NCBI GenBank assembly: GCA_002633005.1
Contig: NMRA01000545.1
Coordinates: 155,690-219,689, forward strand
DNA: 64,000 nt
DNA from: Phoronis australis
Taxonomy: Eukaryota > Animalia > Phoronida
Direction: 5' to 3'
Within the stretch, counting starts at the first letter, position 1; each line of letters opens with the position of its first letter. Below, in pieces: positions 51,831-64,000 of this stretch. The notes under the pieces were generated by a model that searched no databases, had not been told where the DNA came from, and was given only the letters and a program-made list of their open reading frames with translations. The translations under genes were made by a program, and so were the position numbers.

Positions 51831-54800
51831 CTGCAATAAACAGGCAGTTTAAATATGTTTGACAGTATTTAAAGCCAGATAGCATTTACATCAGCAAACG
51901 TCTTGAATGTCATGAGTCCTGGGACTACCAAACTTCTAATGTTAGCAGCTTCGTATTCCAGAATAAGTATGGCACCCGAAAATAAATGTAAATAACTACA
52001 ATTAAAGGTATTTACTTCGTTCACAGCCTCTGGCCTCGCACACTAGGCACAGCCCTGCTTACACAGACTATAGCCTTTTCAGCAAATCGATGACTGTGTG
52101 GAACAATTAAAACTCATTCACATGGTCAATATTATACATGGCCCACCACCTAATTATTTAGATAATATTTAGTATACTAGAGATGTACAATCTTGTTGCT
52201 TCTCTTCTACTTCCTTGTGTGAAAAACAAACGACAGCCATTATCCCCATTGGAAAAGCTCAGCGATGTTACTGAGAAACCTTTTAAAAATAATTGTTCTA
52301 GTCAAACATTTGTTTAGCCAAATTCAACTCAAGTTTTTAATATTGTCATGCTTTTACTTTCCATTACATCATTTAAGTACACTTGATTATTGTTACAACT
52401 CAAGAGACTTAAATAGTTTACTTATACTCAAGGCTAAAAGCTGAAACTGATGAAAATATTTCTACGTAGACCCATAGCCTCTGACTGGTGTCTGTCGTCT
52501 GGACAGAACCATTTAAGCTATCATCAGTAAATTGACTGTTTTTATTAGCGATTTTTTTATTTATCATTTATGCTTACCGGTAATAAAAATCCATTTACTT
52601 TTTATCTTTTTTTCTTTATTCATTTTCTGTTCAAGCTTTTGTTTTTGCTACATTGTCATGTCGTTTTATTTTGTATGTTAAGGGACTACCACAGATATAA
52701 AGTGTCTTAATTTCTGGTGCTATCCTGATTGTACATAACATTTTTTATGTAAGATCAATTCATTTGTCTTATTATTATTGTGTTTCATTGTTACAGTAAC
52801 TCATTTATATGTATTGTGTCTTTGGTCTAATCAAACCAATCAATTAATCAATCAATCAACCAACCCACAAATGAAAACTTTGACTCGTCAAAACCAGAAA
52901 CAGGGATGATAAAGTTCCATTCAAGGCTTTGCTATTCAAAACCCATCCAGAGTAATAAAACGACTGTCTTTACAGTCATGAGGTAAACCTTTGTAACATG
53001 AGCCAATCAAACCCCCCAAGAGCAAATTCACGGTCAGCATGATGCTGTGTCCACTTTCACAATAGAAAACTGGATTAAGTTGAGATGTTTTCAAGATCAA
53101 AGAAACTGAGGACAACTACATCTACTGGGTTGTATTTCAAATCCACAATATTCGCCTAATGTGTACTGTGTGTAATTTTTTTCATTTAACTGCAGGCATT
53201 GCTGTCAATTACATCCTTCTCTCTCCCCTTATTTCCATACAACAGAGGCCAGTCATAAAAGTCCAGAAGCTCACAGTGTTCACAACAAATTGGAATTCAC
53301 TTATAGGTTAGTATAAATTTTATTACTAGCGCATAACGTTTCTGAGCAAATTTTGCTTTTGCAAAGATGGACATCATCTACTGAAAGATAGAGCAACTGG
53401 AGTGTGTGGCATGTTAAGAGGGTACTGATTTCAAGTCCATTGCCTTTGGCAAAAGCCAGACAATGATGCAATAAAATTACGCTGATTTATACAGTGGTTT
53501 TTGCTTAAACTGTAATGAACAAGGGGAACAGTGTCGCTTGACTTCCAGGAGTTGTCTCTATATGTTGACATAAGTTTCATGACAAGGCAACAAGCTGTCA
53601 ACTACGTGGGGAGAGGGGTGCACGGGTGTGAAATTTAGGGGTTTACTGATACAAAAATTTTATGCATTGTTCCCACGCCATGCCCATTTTCATGCTAGTC
53701 TACAGCAACTAGTAGCTAGTTGGATTCAACACCATTAGAAATTTGGACTGTACTTTGTCAAAAGATTTGTACAAATCCTTCTGTACATGAATGACTGTTC
53801 CAAAAAGTTTGATTGTGAGAATATATTTGTTCGAGCTGAGGTGAGTTAATAAAAACAGAGACCTCTAAAGGTGTCCCTCTATGCGCAAGAGGTACTTATA
53901 GCAACATGACCGATGGTATAACTGGTGACTATACTTCATGGAACGCCAACTCTGTATATTTTCTGTTGATGAAATCTGTAATCTTATGCACAAGCTGTGA
54001 TGTCACTATTCACTAGCGACGCCTGCAAAATCATCCAGTTTCACTTCCGGCAAGTACGTCGTCTGCTAATCATGGTAATTTTGTCAGGATTTGGATCAAC
54101 AATTTTGACTTACTCACATTCGTATTTAAATAAATTGAACGCTCCCAACATTAACTTCTTAATAACGCTCACAATAATACTCCAGAAATAACCACCAGGC
54201 CTACTCAAAACCAATCTCGCACTTCAACACCACCACAGGATGTTTTGTTATAAGTTCCAGTGCACACCTATAAAAATCTTCGGACCATCGTAGTCAGTCT
54301 AGGAAAATACCACTAAGTAACCAATTCCACAGTCTTTATAAACATGGAATAGGTTGTTTTTATTCAATGTCAATTTTTTGTAAACCGGATAAATGATTTT
54401 CAAATTTTTGCCTTAAATCCTAATATTTCCAAAATTATGCCTTTCAAATGAAAATTCAATGACAAAATAAAATTCTTCAAGCGATTTTGGAAAGTCCTGT
54501 GCCGCCTTTAAATAATGCACCAGTCCTACTAATAAATGTAACGAAAGGGCCAGTGTGCAAAAAAGATTTTAAGTTTGGCCTCTCTGAACTACTGGATTGG
54601 TTATGCAACAGAAACCTCGTGATTGTCACACAAAAACTTGAGATTGCCTCACATTACAAGCAAAACATGTGATCATAGCATCTTCCTTTTATATCAAGGG
54701 GTTTGGAAGAACTTTTACTTTGCAGTTCCCAATGCACATGGTATTTTATCAATACCTGATAGTTTACTACAGACAGATCCATTTTATAGAAACTCACAGC

Positions 54801-55281
54801 GCAGAGAAACTTCTACACAAATTACACCCTGGCAGATCCCGGTTTAAATACAGGTGTCATTTTTTCAATTTTGGTCAGTCAACCCCACAGACTTGATAGT
54901 CCAGTGAAACACTTCTACCCTAAAGATAAGACAGTCCTTCGGAACACTTGAGCACCTGCCAAAAAATGTAAGTATATTGGAGCGATGAACGTTACAAACG
55001 ACAGGTATGTTATAATGAGACTCGATTGTGCTTTTCCTGAATCTTCTAATTCTGTAGATATTGGATTGACTAAACAGACTTGCTGAAAAAGTGCTGTACT
55101 GTATAAACTTAATGTCGCACGGTGTTATTTGTGAATCGTAAATTTGGCTGCCGAAAAAAGTTTCATATATGAATGTTGTGTAGATATTCAAGGCATCTCA
55201 CCATTCACTTAAAAGTAGTTCCATTGCCAGACCAGGCGTAATTATCACGTTTATTTCCTCCACAGCTGAGTGGGTAATTAA

Positions 55282-56193
55282 AGGTGAAGGCAACACTTTT
55301 TCATGTCACTTAAGCAAAAATAAGTTTTGTTGATTATCCCGGACCGATTTTTCAGTTAATTACAGCTATTGGTGATTTAAACAATTACTCGTCTGCTACT
55401 ACGGAAGTGACGTTTTGGGAGGTGGGACTTTCGCACCAATTTCTTTTCATATAGACTGACTGTGAGAGCTGCCGAGTCAGTCATCGCTCTACCTCGGTTC
55501 TGATAAGTTCGGTCGTCATTGGGCGGCTTTCGTTTACGAGTCAGTCAACATGCCACACTGTTGCTGCATGCTGGGATTTACTCATTATCGCCCAGCGCCT
55601 GTAAGCAGGGCTCCCTGCTGCGATGTTGAGTAGTGGGAGTGAAACAGGCCCAGTTAGACACTGAGTACAGAGGACAGTTCATCGTCCAATGAACAGATCG
55701 GTGAGCCAAACATTGATAAGTTTATTGTGGACTTCTCTAAAATAAGTATTAGAGCTATTTAGAAGGTGACAGGTGTGTGGCGTCACACGGCGGGATGTAA
55801 GCAGTTTGTGTGCTCAGGTAACCATCCAGTTGGAGTGTGTCGCGGTACACTCGGGCAAGTGGGACAGTTGTTCCTCTGTCCGTGAAACGATAATGAGTAC
55901 ATCCCAGTATGCAGCAACAGTGTGGCATGTTGACTGACTCGTAAAAAAGCAAACGACGTCCGAACTTATCACAATCAAGGTAGAAAAATGACTGACTCGA
56001 CAGCGCTCACAGTAGGACTATATGAAAAGAAATTGGCGCGAAATTATTGCCTCCCAAAACGTCACTTCCGAAGTCATAGAGGACGAATTATTAATTAAAT
56101 TGTGAAAAGCTGTAATTAAGTAAAAATATGTCTGGGATAATCAATGAACCTTATTTTTGCTAAAAATGACATGAAAAAAGGTTGCCTTCTCCT
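55282..56193. mobile_element. Complete Kolobok-derived foldback MITE in the profilin intron
   Basis: TTAA TSDs at 55278-55281 and 56194-56197; ends aggtgaaggcaac / gttgccttctcct; ~300-bp imperfect TIRs. Confidence 0.88.
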
Positions 56194-57304
56194 TTAACTA
56201 TAGTCCCTGTAACCCCTGGGATTCTTCCGCTGTATGCCAGCTGCATTTGATACAACTATACAACTAAATTTCACGATGAAGTGATGAGCAGACCTACAAG
56301 GGTGGTGCAAAATTTCAAGATCTATTGAAACATAACACAGAGTGTTTCCTATGGGTGTTTGAATTTAGTTTTTATACAGCTAGCTGGCTGGCTAGTATAC
56401 AGTTTTGCACCAGGCCACCAGGCACCACTGAACCAAGCCCAAAGGCAAAGCCAGGGCACGGGTGAAGTTAGCCTTGGTACAAAGCTGTATATAAATATAC
56501 AGCTTTGCACCGATGTGGGTAAAAAAGTGGTAAGATAAAATCTGACACAAAATTGGTGTCATTAAAAACTACAGTCTTCCTTGAGTAACTTAAATTATTT
56601 AACGGTGTTGGCAAAAATGGCGTTCTACCGTTATTCTGCTGCTAAAGTTGTGGAGCGATCTTTAGCGACCGCTTTCGACGCCATGAAATTTTGCGTCACC
56701 TATTGGCCAGTTTCTTTTTTCGACGATTCTTCAATCAACTATTGTTCTTTCACGAGGTTGCGTACACGTCATAACAAATTATCAGAACTGGTTTCACCTC
56801 ATTAAAAGTTTTTAGAATTTTGGTACCGAAAAATCGAATTTCAGAAGGAATTTTGTTGCCTCCAAGCTATCATTATCTCCCGAGAGATGTCGCAAAAATT
56901 AAGGAAATGGCGCGTGCGCGTGGCACGAGCGTACTGTTTTCAAAACGACGAAATACTTTTCATTGTTAGAAAAGGCGGAGACTTACGCAAGAAAATGACG
57001 TTTATTGCATTGTTTTTCACTTAAACGGCTGTAACGGGCAAGGTGAGTGTCGGTTGGCTCCCAGATTTTGCATGCACACCGTCCGGTCTTTAGCCTTACA
57101 TGTTGATACAAGTTTCACGGCGCGGTGACAAGCAGAACTACCCTGGCTGTGTGCAATTTCGGGGTCTACGGAAGAAATACACGCAGTGGGACCTAGCTGT
57201 ATTTTGACGACAGTCTTCATACAGCTAGCTGGCTGGCTAGGGTGAAGTGTAATTTTCATACTTTCAAATATTTTTAACAATTACTTATGCAGAACAGTAC
57301 TTAC

Positions 57305-57374
57305 CAGAGTTGATGAGATAGTTGTCAACGTACTCCTGCCAGGATGCCTTGCATTGTCCTCGACATACACTCAT
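57305..57374 (-). CDS. Profilin, coding exon 1 (missing from ORF track)
   Basis: aaaaATG MSVCRGQCKASWQEYVDNYLINSG|gtaagt; a phase-1 join to exon 2 gives a 137-aa protein with the conserved SWQxYVD motif. Confidence 0.9.
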
Positions 57375-57439
57375 TTTTCTTCTTTAAAATCATTTTCCTA
57401 TAGCACACACACATTCGGTATCCAGGCATTCGTCCATTT

Positions 57440-57790
57440 TGTCTGTATCACGTGATTATCACGGGAGCACATAGAATTGGTAGCTTTATCATCCACAAGA
57501 TGTCGCAACACGCTCAAGTGATGCAGACAAAGTACATGATGCTCGGCCCATCTCTTAGCTCGTCTCGAGTCCGCACCAGTCTAGCTGGCACCAATAGAGA
57601 CGGTCCGGAGCTCTTCGTCGGGTTATAATTCAAACTGACTTTAAACGTCACGTTGTTATAAGTACCTTTTTGCGCATAAAATCATGGACGGCGCACCACA
57701 GGGGCTGGGAGAGCTATAGGCCTAGCCCGCCCCAGCCCACTTCCGTCACCGTGACTGAGTCCTGCTCCGCCGGAGGCCATATATGAACAT
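57440..57790. promoter_or_regulatory. Probable profilin promoter (GC-richer patch)
   Basis: TCACGTGA (~57449), GC box cccgcccc (~57726) and ETS-like acttccg (~57739) just upstream of exon 1. Confidence 0.45.
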
Positions 57791-60700
57791 GCATGCGCGG
57801 CGCGCACGGTGTCCCGTACCGTGGGGCTTGAACTCGAGCCTCAGAGAAACACAAACTCTGAAAAAAGTAAAAAAACGACACATGAGTCGGCTAAAAGGGC
57901 ACGCAGATAATGCAGGCCCGGCTGACCCGGCCGACTACGGCTTTCGCCGGCCGGGGGCCCAGTTTCAGCTGACATTAAAAGTTGCAATGCCAAAAAAACA
58001 GACGCTCGAATATTAAGCAAATTAATAACCCTGCTAAAATGCCTACCTTGCAGGCTATTAGAGTCTATATTGTTTTGTGACTAAAATGCCGAAATTTTCA
58101 ACTTGATCCGCAACCCGAACTGAACCACGCATCATAGCTCCAGTAGCCTACTATGTCATAATTAGCCTACTGTAGCTAACACGCATACATTTATAGTAAA
58201 AATATATGTAACTTCAAAAAAATGCCTTTCATATTAAACTAATAACCGAAAAGACATATACATACAGCATCAGAAAATGAATGCCGTCGTGCCTTCCCGA
58301 GATTTCAAAAACGTTGTGTTCATAACTTACTACAAAATATGTCAGTATAAATACAATCTACTATATAACAACTGCTGCAATATAAAAGACATACAGAGAG
58401 AACAAACTTGGATAAAATAGGAAAGAAATATCAAGAAATACAAACCACGAACACCAGACTATAAGTACAATCATAATTAAAAGACAAAAATCGTTTGTAA
58501 GCGTATCTGAACTGCTGCCTTCTACTTGAACCCCTGGCTTCCATTACAAGTATCTCGGTTTTTACAAAAAACGAGCTGAATTCCAGGGTTGTTCAATCCT
58601 TTGTCTTATATGGTCTTTAGTACGTGCGAAAAACTTGCTGATGGCGCATACAGCAAATGTTCAATTGACAAAATTTATTAAATATTATAGGCCTATATTC
58701 ACAAGCTACCTGCCATTATCATGAACGTCAACAAAAAACCCTGAGGATTCCTCACGTGACACATCGCGTACGCATAAACTTTTAAAAGGGTTCGACAAAC
58801 CCACGCTCAGCAGTATTCAACAGTTGCTGCTTATAAATGAGGAAATGCGGCGAAACATGGAACCTACTGTAAGTGTAATCAAAATCCAAACAGATGATAT
58901 CGGAACAACGAAACAAGTAAAAACATTGTTTATGATGTCAAACAGCAAAACCACATTTATTCATAGCCACTAATCGCTTTAAATGAACACAGTACAGTGT
59001 AATGTACAAACTATTGTTTTTATATATATCAAAAGCTACGTGTGCTCGTCAATCATACTCTAAAAACGCCGCATGTTTTACAAATCAATCGCATGCAAGT
59101 TCACCATAATTCTCAATCTAACGCCATCCAGTACAACAATCTTAATTAAAATACTAAAAATCACAGAGAAATAAAAAATAAAAAAACACCGATCTCCTAT
59201 AGCTATTTGCAAATACGGATCATATTAGGACTCCCCTCAGATGAGGGCAACTCCACTGCCCAGTTTGTAACCCATGATAACTTTTTCAACCAAAGACTTG
59301 TTCAACACATGAAGACTGACCAAGCAAAGTAATAAGGGCCAGCATTTAACAAACACCAATACTTAAACCATTCAGTAATCATGTAGAGTTATCAATTAAG
59401 GTCAGTTACCAACACAACTGCCACCCACAAATGACCAAAACTTCGCAACCAGGTATGGCTTCACTGACTCAGCCATGCATCTTGTCAATCAATGCGGTGG
59501 TGACAATGCCGGCTAATTTGTTGGGAACACATTTGACGCCGTTTTCTTGTCTTGTGTTTCATGGGTGTTACAAACAGAACACAAACAATAAAACCGAAAT
59601 ACAGATATTAATTAAATCAATTAATGACTTTTAACATATTGTGACATGAAAATGAAACTTGCAGTGAGCATGCAAGCAGTTGTTTTAGAGGATATATCTA
59701 GCTAACGGCAAAGACTTGCTATAAAGGCTAATTTTCATAGAGTAAGTAAAAACAAGGTCTAAAGAAGGTAGGACATAAAAATCTTTTTAAATTTTAACAC
59801 TAGTTTCTGTTCATGGATTCCATCAAATTTAACAAGCAAAGAAAATATGCCTGTGAATTTTGGAAACAAAGTCTAAGCAAACACTTATTTGGCAACTTCA
59901 TAACCCCCAGTTTCTCATTCTTCAGGTTAAATCAAATGAAACAAACTTCGTGGCTTGTGGCAAACGCATGATAATTCCAAATACTTCATAGATAATTGAC
60001 GGTGTACATCATCAGACTACATCACTTGTAATCTTTATACCAGTCTTGATTCATGATTTATTCTCCTTTCTGATTAAACCTCAAATTGCTATCATGGACA
60101 CACCTGGTCCTTTGAAGCATATAGACCCTTCTGTCTGCATTGAATTGTAAGATGTATACTTTGTTTACAAGGCTACTTCACTTAAACTAATCACACAACT
60201 TAACAGTTCTGTGAACCTTCACTCAAATTAAGTTCACAGGATAAAGAAAATCCAAAGTCTTAAAGACTTACAGGCCTTGAAACTCAGACAAGCAACAGCT
60301 GAAACAAATGAATATTAATTTTAAAATGGATTGATGGACAGTAGGATTCAGAAAAGAAGAACTGGAAAACGAAACAATACTGTGGGCCAAAGACGTGAGC
60401 AGGGCCAAAATGTTTTATATTTTGGTGTAGATGACCAGTGATATCGCCCATTGAAAGCAGACCGTAACATGGATCATTTTAAATAAACATGCGCATGGAT
60501 CAATTTACCCACATGGCCTTAAATCTATGAGTCAACTTAGAGAACCTACCATCATGCAAAGACGACACAAATTCAATGTACCAGTTGGCCCAAGTTAAGC
60601 AGTTCCAGAGCGTCAATTAAAAATTTTATGTGGCAATGAGGCGGGGTGCGACCTCGCTCACTTTTGATGCGAAATAATTTCAAATACAACAATAAGAAAT

Positions 60701-62593
60701 AACACCACATCAGTCCAAGTTTGAAGTCATTCTTAACATAGTTAAGATTTTCCGAATTTTTCCAGGGAAATATTCCGCCAGAAAGTTATCACATATAGTA
60801 ATGCAGTTCGGCTCAACAACCTTGTAGACATTACAGTTTACTTAAACTTCCCTAGCTAATTGCATGAAAATGAACTGGGGGGAACAGACAGAATTCTTCT
60901 TCCGAGATACCAATTCCACGTACCCGATTTTTTTACTTTCGGTGAATCCTAGTTATACCATAGATATTCGTTATCTACAGTCTATGGTTCTACAAAAGGT
61001 CGAACATATAAAAGATAAAGCGCAGCCACAGGAAATGCCAGACAGGACTTCCAAAAATGGAAAATCCAGGAACTCGCGGACCTGCCACACGGGCATTCCG
61101 CATTTTGATCAGAACACAGAGCCTAGAATAAGAAGAGGGGGAGGAGCCAAGATAAGAATTCACGGTGTTGTAACTTTCAGAAAAATGAGGATATATGGCA
61201 CGATATGGGATAAAGTGAAAACTAGCATTTTAAAATGTGTCGAAATTTCCTGATGGTCGTGCGACCTGAACCTGCACCAACTGGAACGGGAAAACAGACG
61301 AAATTGGATTATTCAAACTGGTTCTCCGTAACTGAAACAGAATATAACCAGTTCACCAGGTATTTTTACGGTTTTTTGGTAAAGAATTTGAATTTATGTT
61401 AATGTCAAAGCATTTTTCTTTTAGTTTCAAATTACAAAAAAAAAACATCTGTCAACTGCTCGTCACTTCGTCGGCAAAGCACGAGTCCTTATTTGGTATA
61501 TGGAAATGTGGCCTTTGACCTTTGATATAAACCAAAGTCAGGTGTTCTCATTTAAAGTAGGCCTACACGGCAATATCTCACCTAATGTCGCGAAGACTTG
61601 CTTTTTGCGAGGTTCTAGCACTTACTGAACATGAGGCTGATTCCGGCCTACGAATTGATACTAAAAATAACTTTCCCATCCCGGCAGTTCTCTGAAACAG
61701 TGTAAAGTTCGGCTTCGACAACCCTCAAGAGTTTGAAGAAAATTCGGAAAACTCCTTTCAAAGTCTGGTAAACGGGCAAGCGCGTGACCTACGCTTTTCA
61801 TAGCGAATTACACGGCAACTGTAGGACTGAAAAGAACACCTAAGATAATACCCCCATCTGTGTCTCAGGGAGTATGAGTTTTCACTGAATTGATTCTTAC
61901 CTTCAGCTTGGAAGATTGACGCCAATGATGCATTAGCAGGTGACAGATTGATGGAAATGATCAAAACTGGGTTTTGCACCCTTGGTACCACTTGCTTCCT
62001 TAAACTACACAAAATGTTCTTCATTCCATATCAGTGTCGGTGGATCATTTTCAGTTTACAAGTCTCATTTCCGAAAGCGAGTCCGTTGAAGAAAATATGA
62101 CTTTTTAAATCAACGATAGGGTTTACGATAAGGAATTGCCGTTAACAAACTGTCCGTACTTTTCAAAGTCCAGCTGTTTCTGCTACCCAAGCCGAATTTT
62201 TTCTCTCGTTTTTAATTCCGTGTGTAGGCCTACGCGTTTAGATGGGGTAATAAATTCGCCTACCGACACAAAAACTATTCTTGGGTGTAGACTACTTAGT
62301 TGGTCTCAAACTGTTCCTTAGTCAAATTGAATGCAATTTGTGGACTTGGGGAAAAAGTGATAGATCGCTAGATTAGGCTCTACTTGGTGGATCATAATTT
62401 CCTGTGCCTAGGTGTGGGGACACGGCCTTTGGATCTGGATGTGCGCGGGGAACGGACTTATTGTTATTTGTAATAGTTTCATTTAGTGGTAACCATAGGC
62501 TTATTACTGTATATTTTGTAAGGTACTGTGAACATCATCAAGCAAATATCAAGGTTTTTGTCAAGATATAGTGTTACCTCCTCAACTGTGGAG

Positions 62594-62596
<3 letters not shown>

Positions 62597-62647
<51 letters not shown>
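62597..62647. repeat. (TA)n microsatellite
   Basis: About 25 TA units. Confidence 0.99.
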
Positions 62648-62650
<3 letters not shown>

Positions 62651-62863
62651 GGGTGAATCCAGGATTTTGAGTTAGGCGTGGCCAACACACAGGAATAGCC
62701 AAAATTTCGGCAGATGCGCGCGCCCAAAACGGTAGACGGGGTTTGTTCGGGGCCTATGCATTGTTTATTCACCCCAGGAGCGCACCTGGTTGCTAGTCAG
62801 CAATTCGCAACCGAACTGCCAAATGGTATCTGGTAGAATTTTAGAGGGGCCATGGCCCCCTTG
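62648..62863. mobile_element. hAT-like MITE end running into gap
   Basis: caggggtgaatccaggattttgagtt start, shared with ~40425-40560. Confidence 0.45.
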
Positions 62864-63149
62864 NNNNNNNNNNNNNNNNNNNNNNNNNNNNNNNNNNNNN
62901 NNNNNNNNNNNNNNNNNNNNNNNNNNNNNNNNNNNNNNNNNNNNNNNNNNNNNNNNNNNNNNNNNNNNNNNNNNNNNNNNNNNNNNNNNNNNNNNNNNNN
63001 NNNNNNNNNNNNNNNNNNNNNNNNNNNNNNNNNNNNNNNNNNNNNNNNNNNNNNNNNNNNNNNNNNNNNNNNNNNNNNNNNNNNNNNNNNNNNNNNNNNN
63101 NNNNNNNNNNNNNNNNNNNNNNNNNNNNNNNNNNNNNNNNNNNNNNNNN
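62864..63149. other. Assembly gap
   Basis: Run of N. Confidence 1.
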
Positions 63150-63150
63150 T

Positions 63151-63418
63151 ATAGTCCTTCAGTTTATATAGTCATTCAGTTTATATAGTCATTCAGTTTA
63201 TATAGTCATTCAGTTTATATAGTCCTTCAGTTTATATAGTCCTTCAGTTTATATAGTCCTTCAGTTTATATAGTCATTCAGTTTATATAGTCATTCAGTT
63301 TATAGTCATTCAGTTTATATAGTCATTCAGTTTATATAGTCATTCAGTTTATATAGTCATTCAGTTTATATAGTCATTCAGTTTATTTAGTCATTCAGTT
63401 TATATATTCATTCAGTTT
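63151..63418. repeat. 17-bp minisatellite, ~16 units
   Basis: Unit atagtc(a/c)ttcagtttat. Confidence 0.97.
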
Positions 63419-64000
63419 AGTTCACTTATTTTCGAATGGTTGGTCATCATTCTTTGTTGGTTTCAGTTTACTGCTTACATTCAATCTCTCACCATCACCC
63501 TCAATAAAGAGATTAAAAGCGAACCACATCATGTTTTCCATCAACAAAGATACAAAAATAACTCCTAACCTGAGAAAAGGAACGATCTAAATTGAAAATT
63601 AGTTTTTGACAAATAACGTCTTAAAAGCTTTAAATGATGGTCACTTTTTACTTGGGTGAATTTTGAACATGCATTAAGAGCTTGAATAGTGGACGGGTAA
63701 TAGTAATACACCTGCACAAATGTAGACTCTAAGGAACAGGGTGAAAAACGGCCTTGCAAATACTTAATATATACTCTTTATTTCCTTCAAGCCTAGATGT
63801 CAACCAGTACCGTAGTCGAATACAAGCAATCAAGTAAAATTCATAGCAAATCAAAGCAAAAGTGAAAATGCAACATTTATGATGCCTTTGTTCAATCGAT
63901 AGCTAAACCAAGAATTTACAAAATCCTTTGTAGTTTTGTATCAAGAGCATCTCAACGAAATGTCCCTTTTGAAGAACCAAGTCACCAAAGTAGTCGTAAC

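Noticed and set aside
51831-51885. ORF-track N-terminus MLSGFKYCQTYLNCLFIA for profilin
   Set aside because: It is intronic: an acceptor lies at 51831 and the conserved SWQxYVD exon is at 57305-57374.
60864-61253. 129-aa ATG ORF
   Set aside because: No recognisable domain, and it lies in apparently repetitive DNA.

Overview
AT-rich, repeat-dense eukaryotic DNA, probably from an invertebrate animal (inferred from the spliced profilin, class A GPCRs and TE families), with two assembly gaps. The main feature is a 7.1-kb Polinton/Maverick (adintovirus-like) derivative at 2828-9973, built as a giant imperfect palindrome. It has AGTAGT...ACTACT termini, a near-perfect 6-bp target duplication and mirror copies of one genome end (core protein, major capsid, adenain protease), but no polymerase, integrase or ATPase. 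It resembles an integrated copy-back defective viral genome and abuts the gag of a decayed Ty3/Gypsy element. The window also holds a ~9.5-kb tandem duplication carrying two damaged intronless GPCRs, with a diverged Polinton-end fragment between the copies. Other contents are several TTAA-targeting Kolobok derivatives, a hAT remnant, a second Gypsy, a solo LTR, an L1/Tx1-like LINE with an RTE-leader insert, a Helentron-type element, satellites and one apparently intact two-exon profilin gene. All calls come from manual motif reading; no database searches were run.
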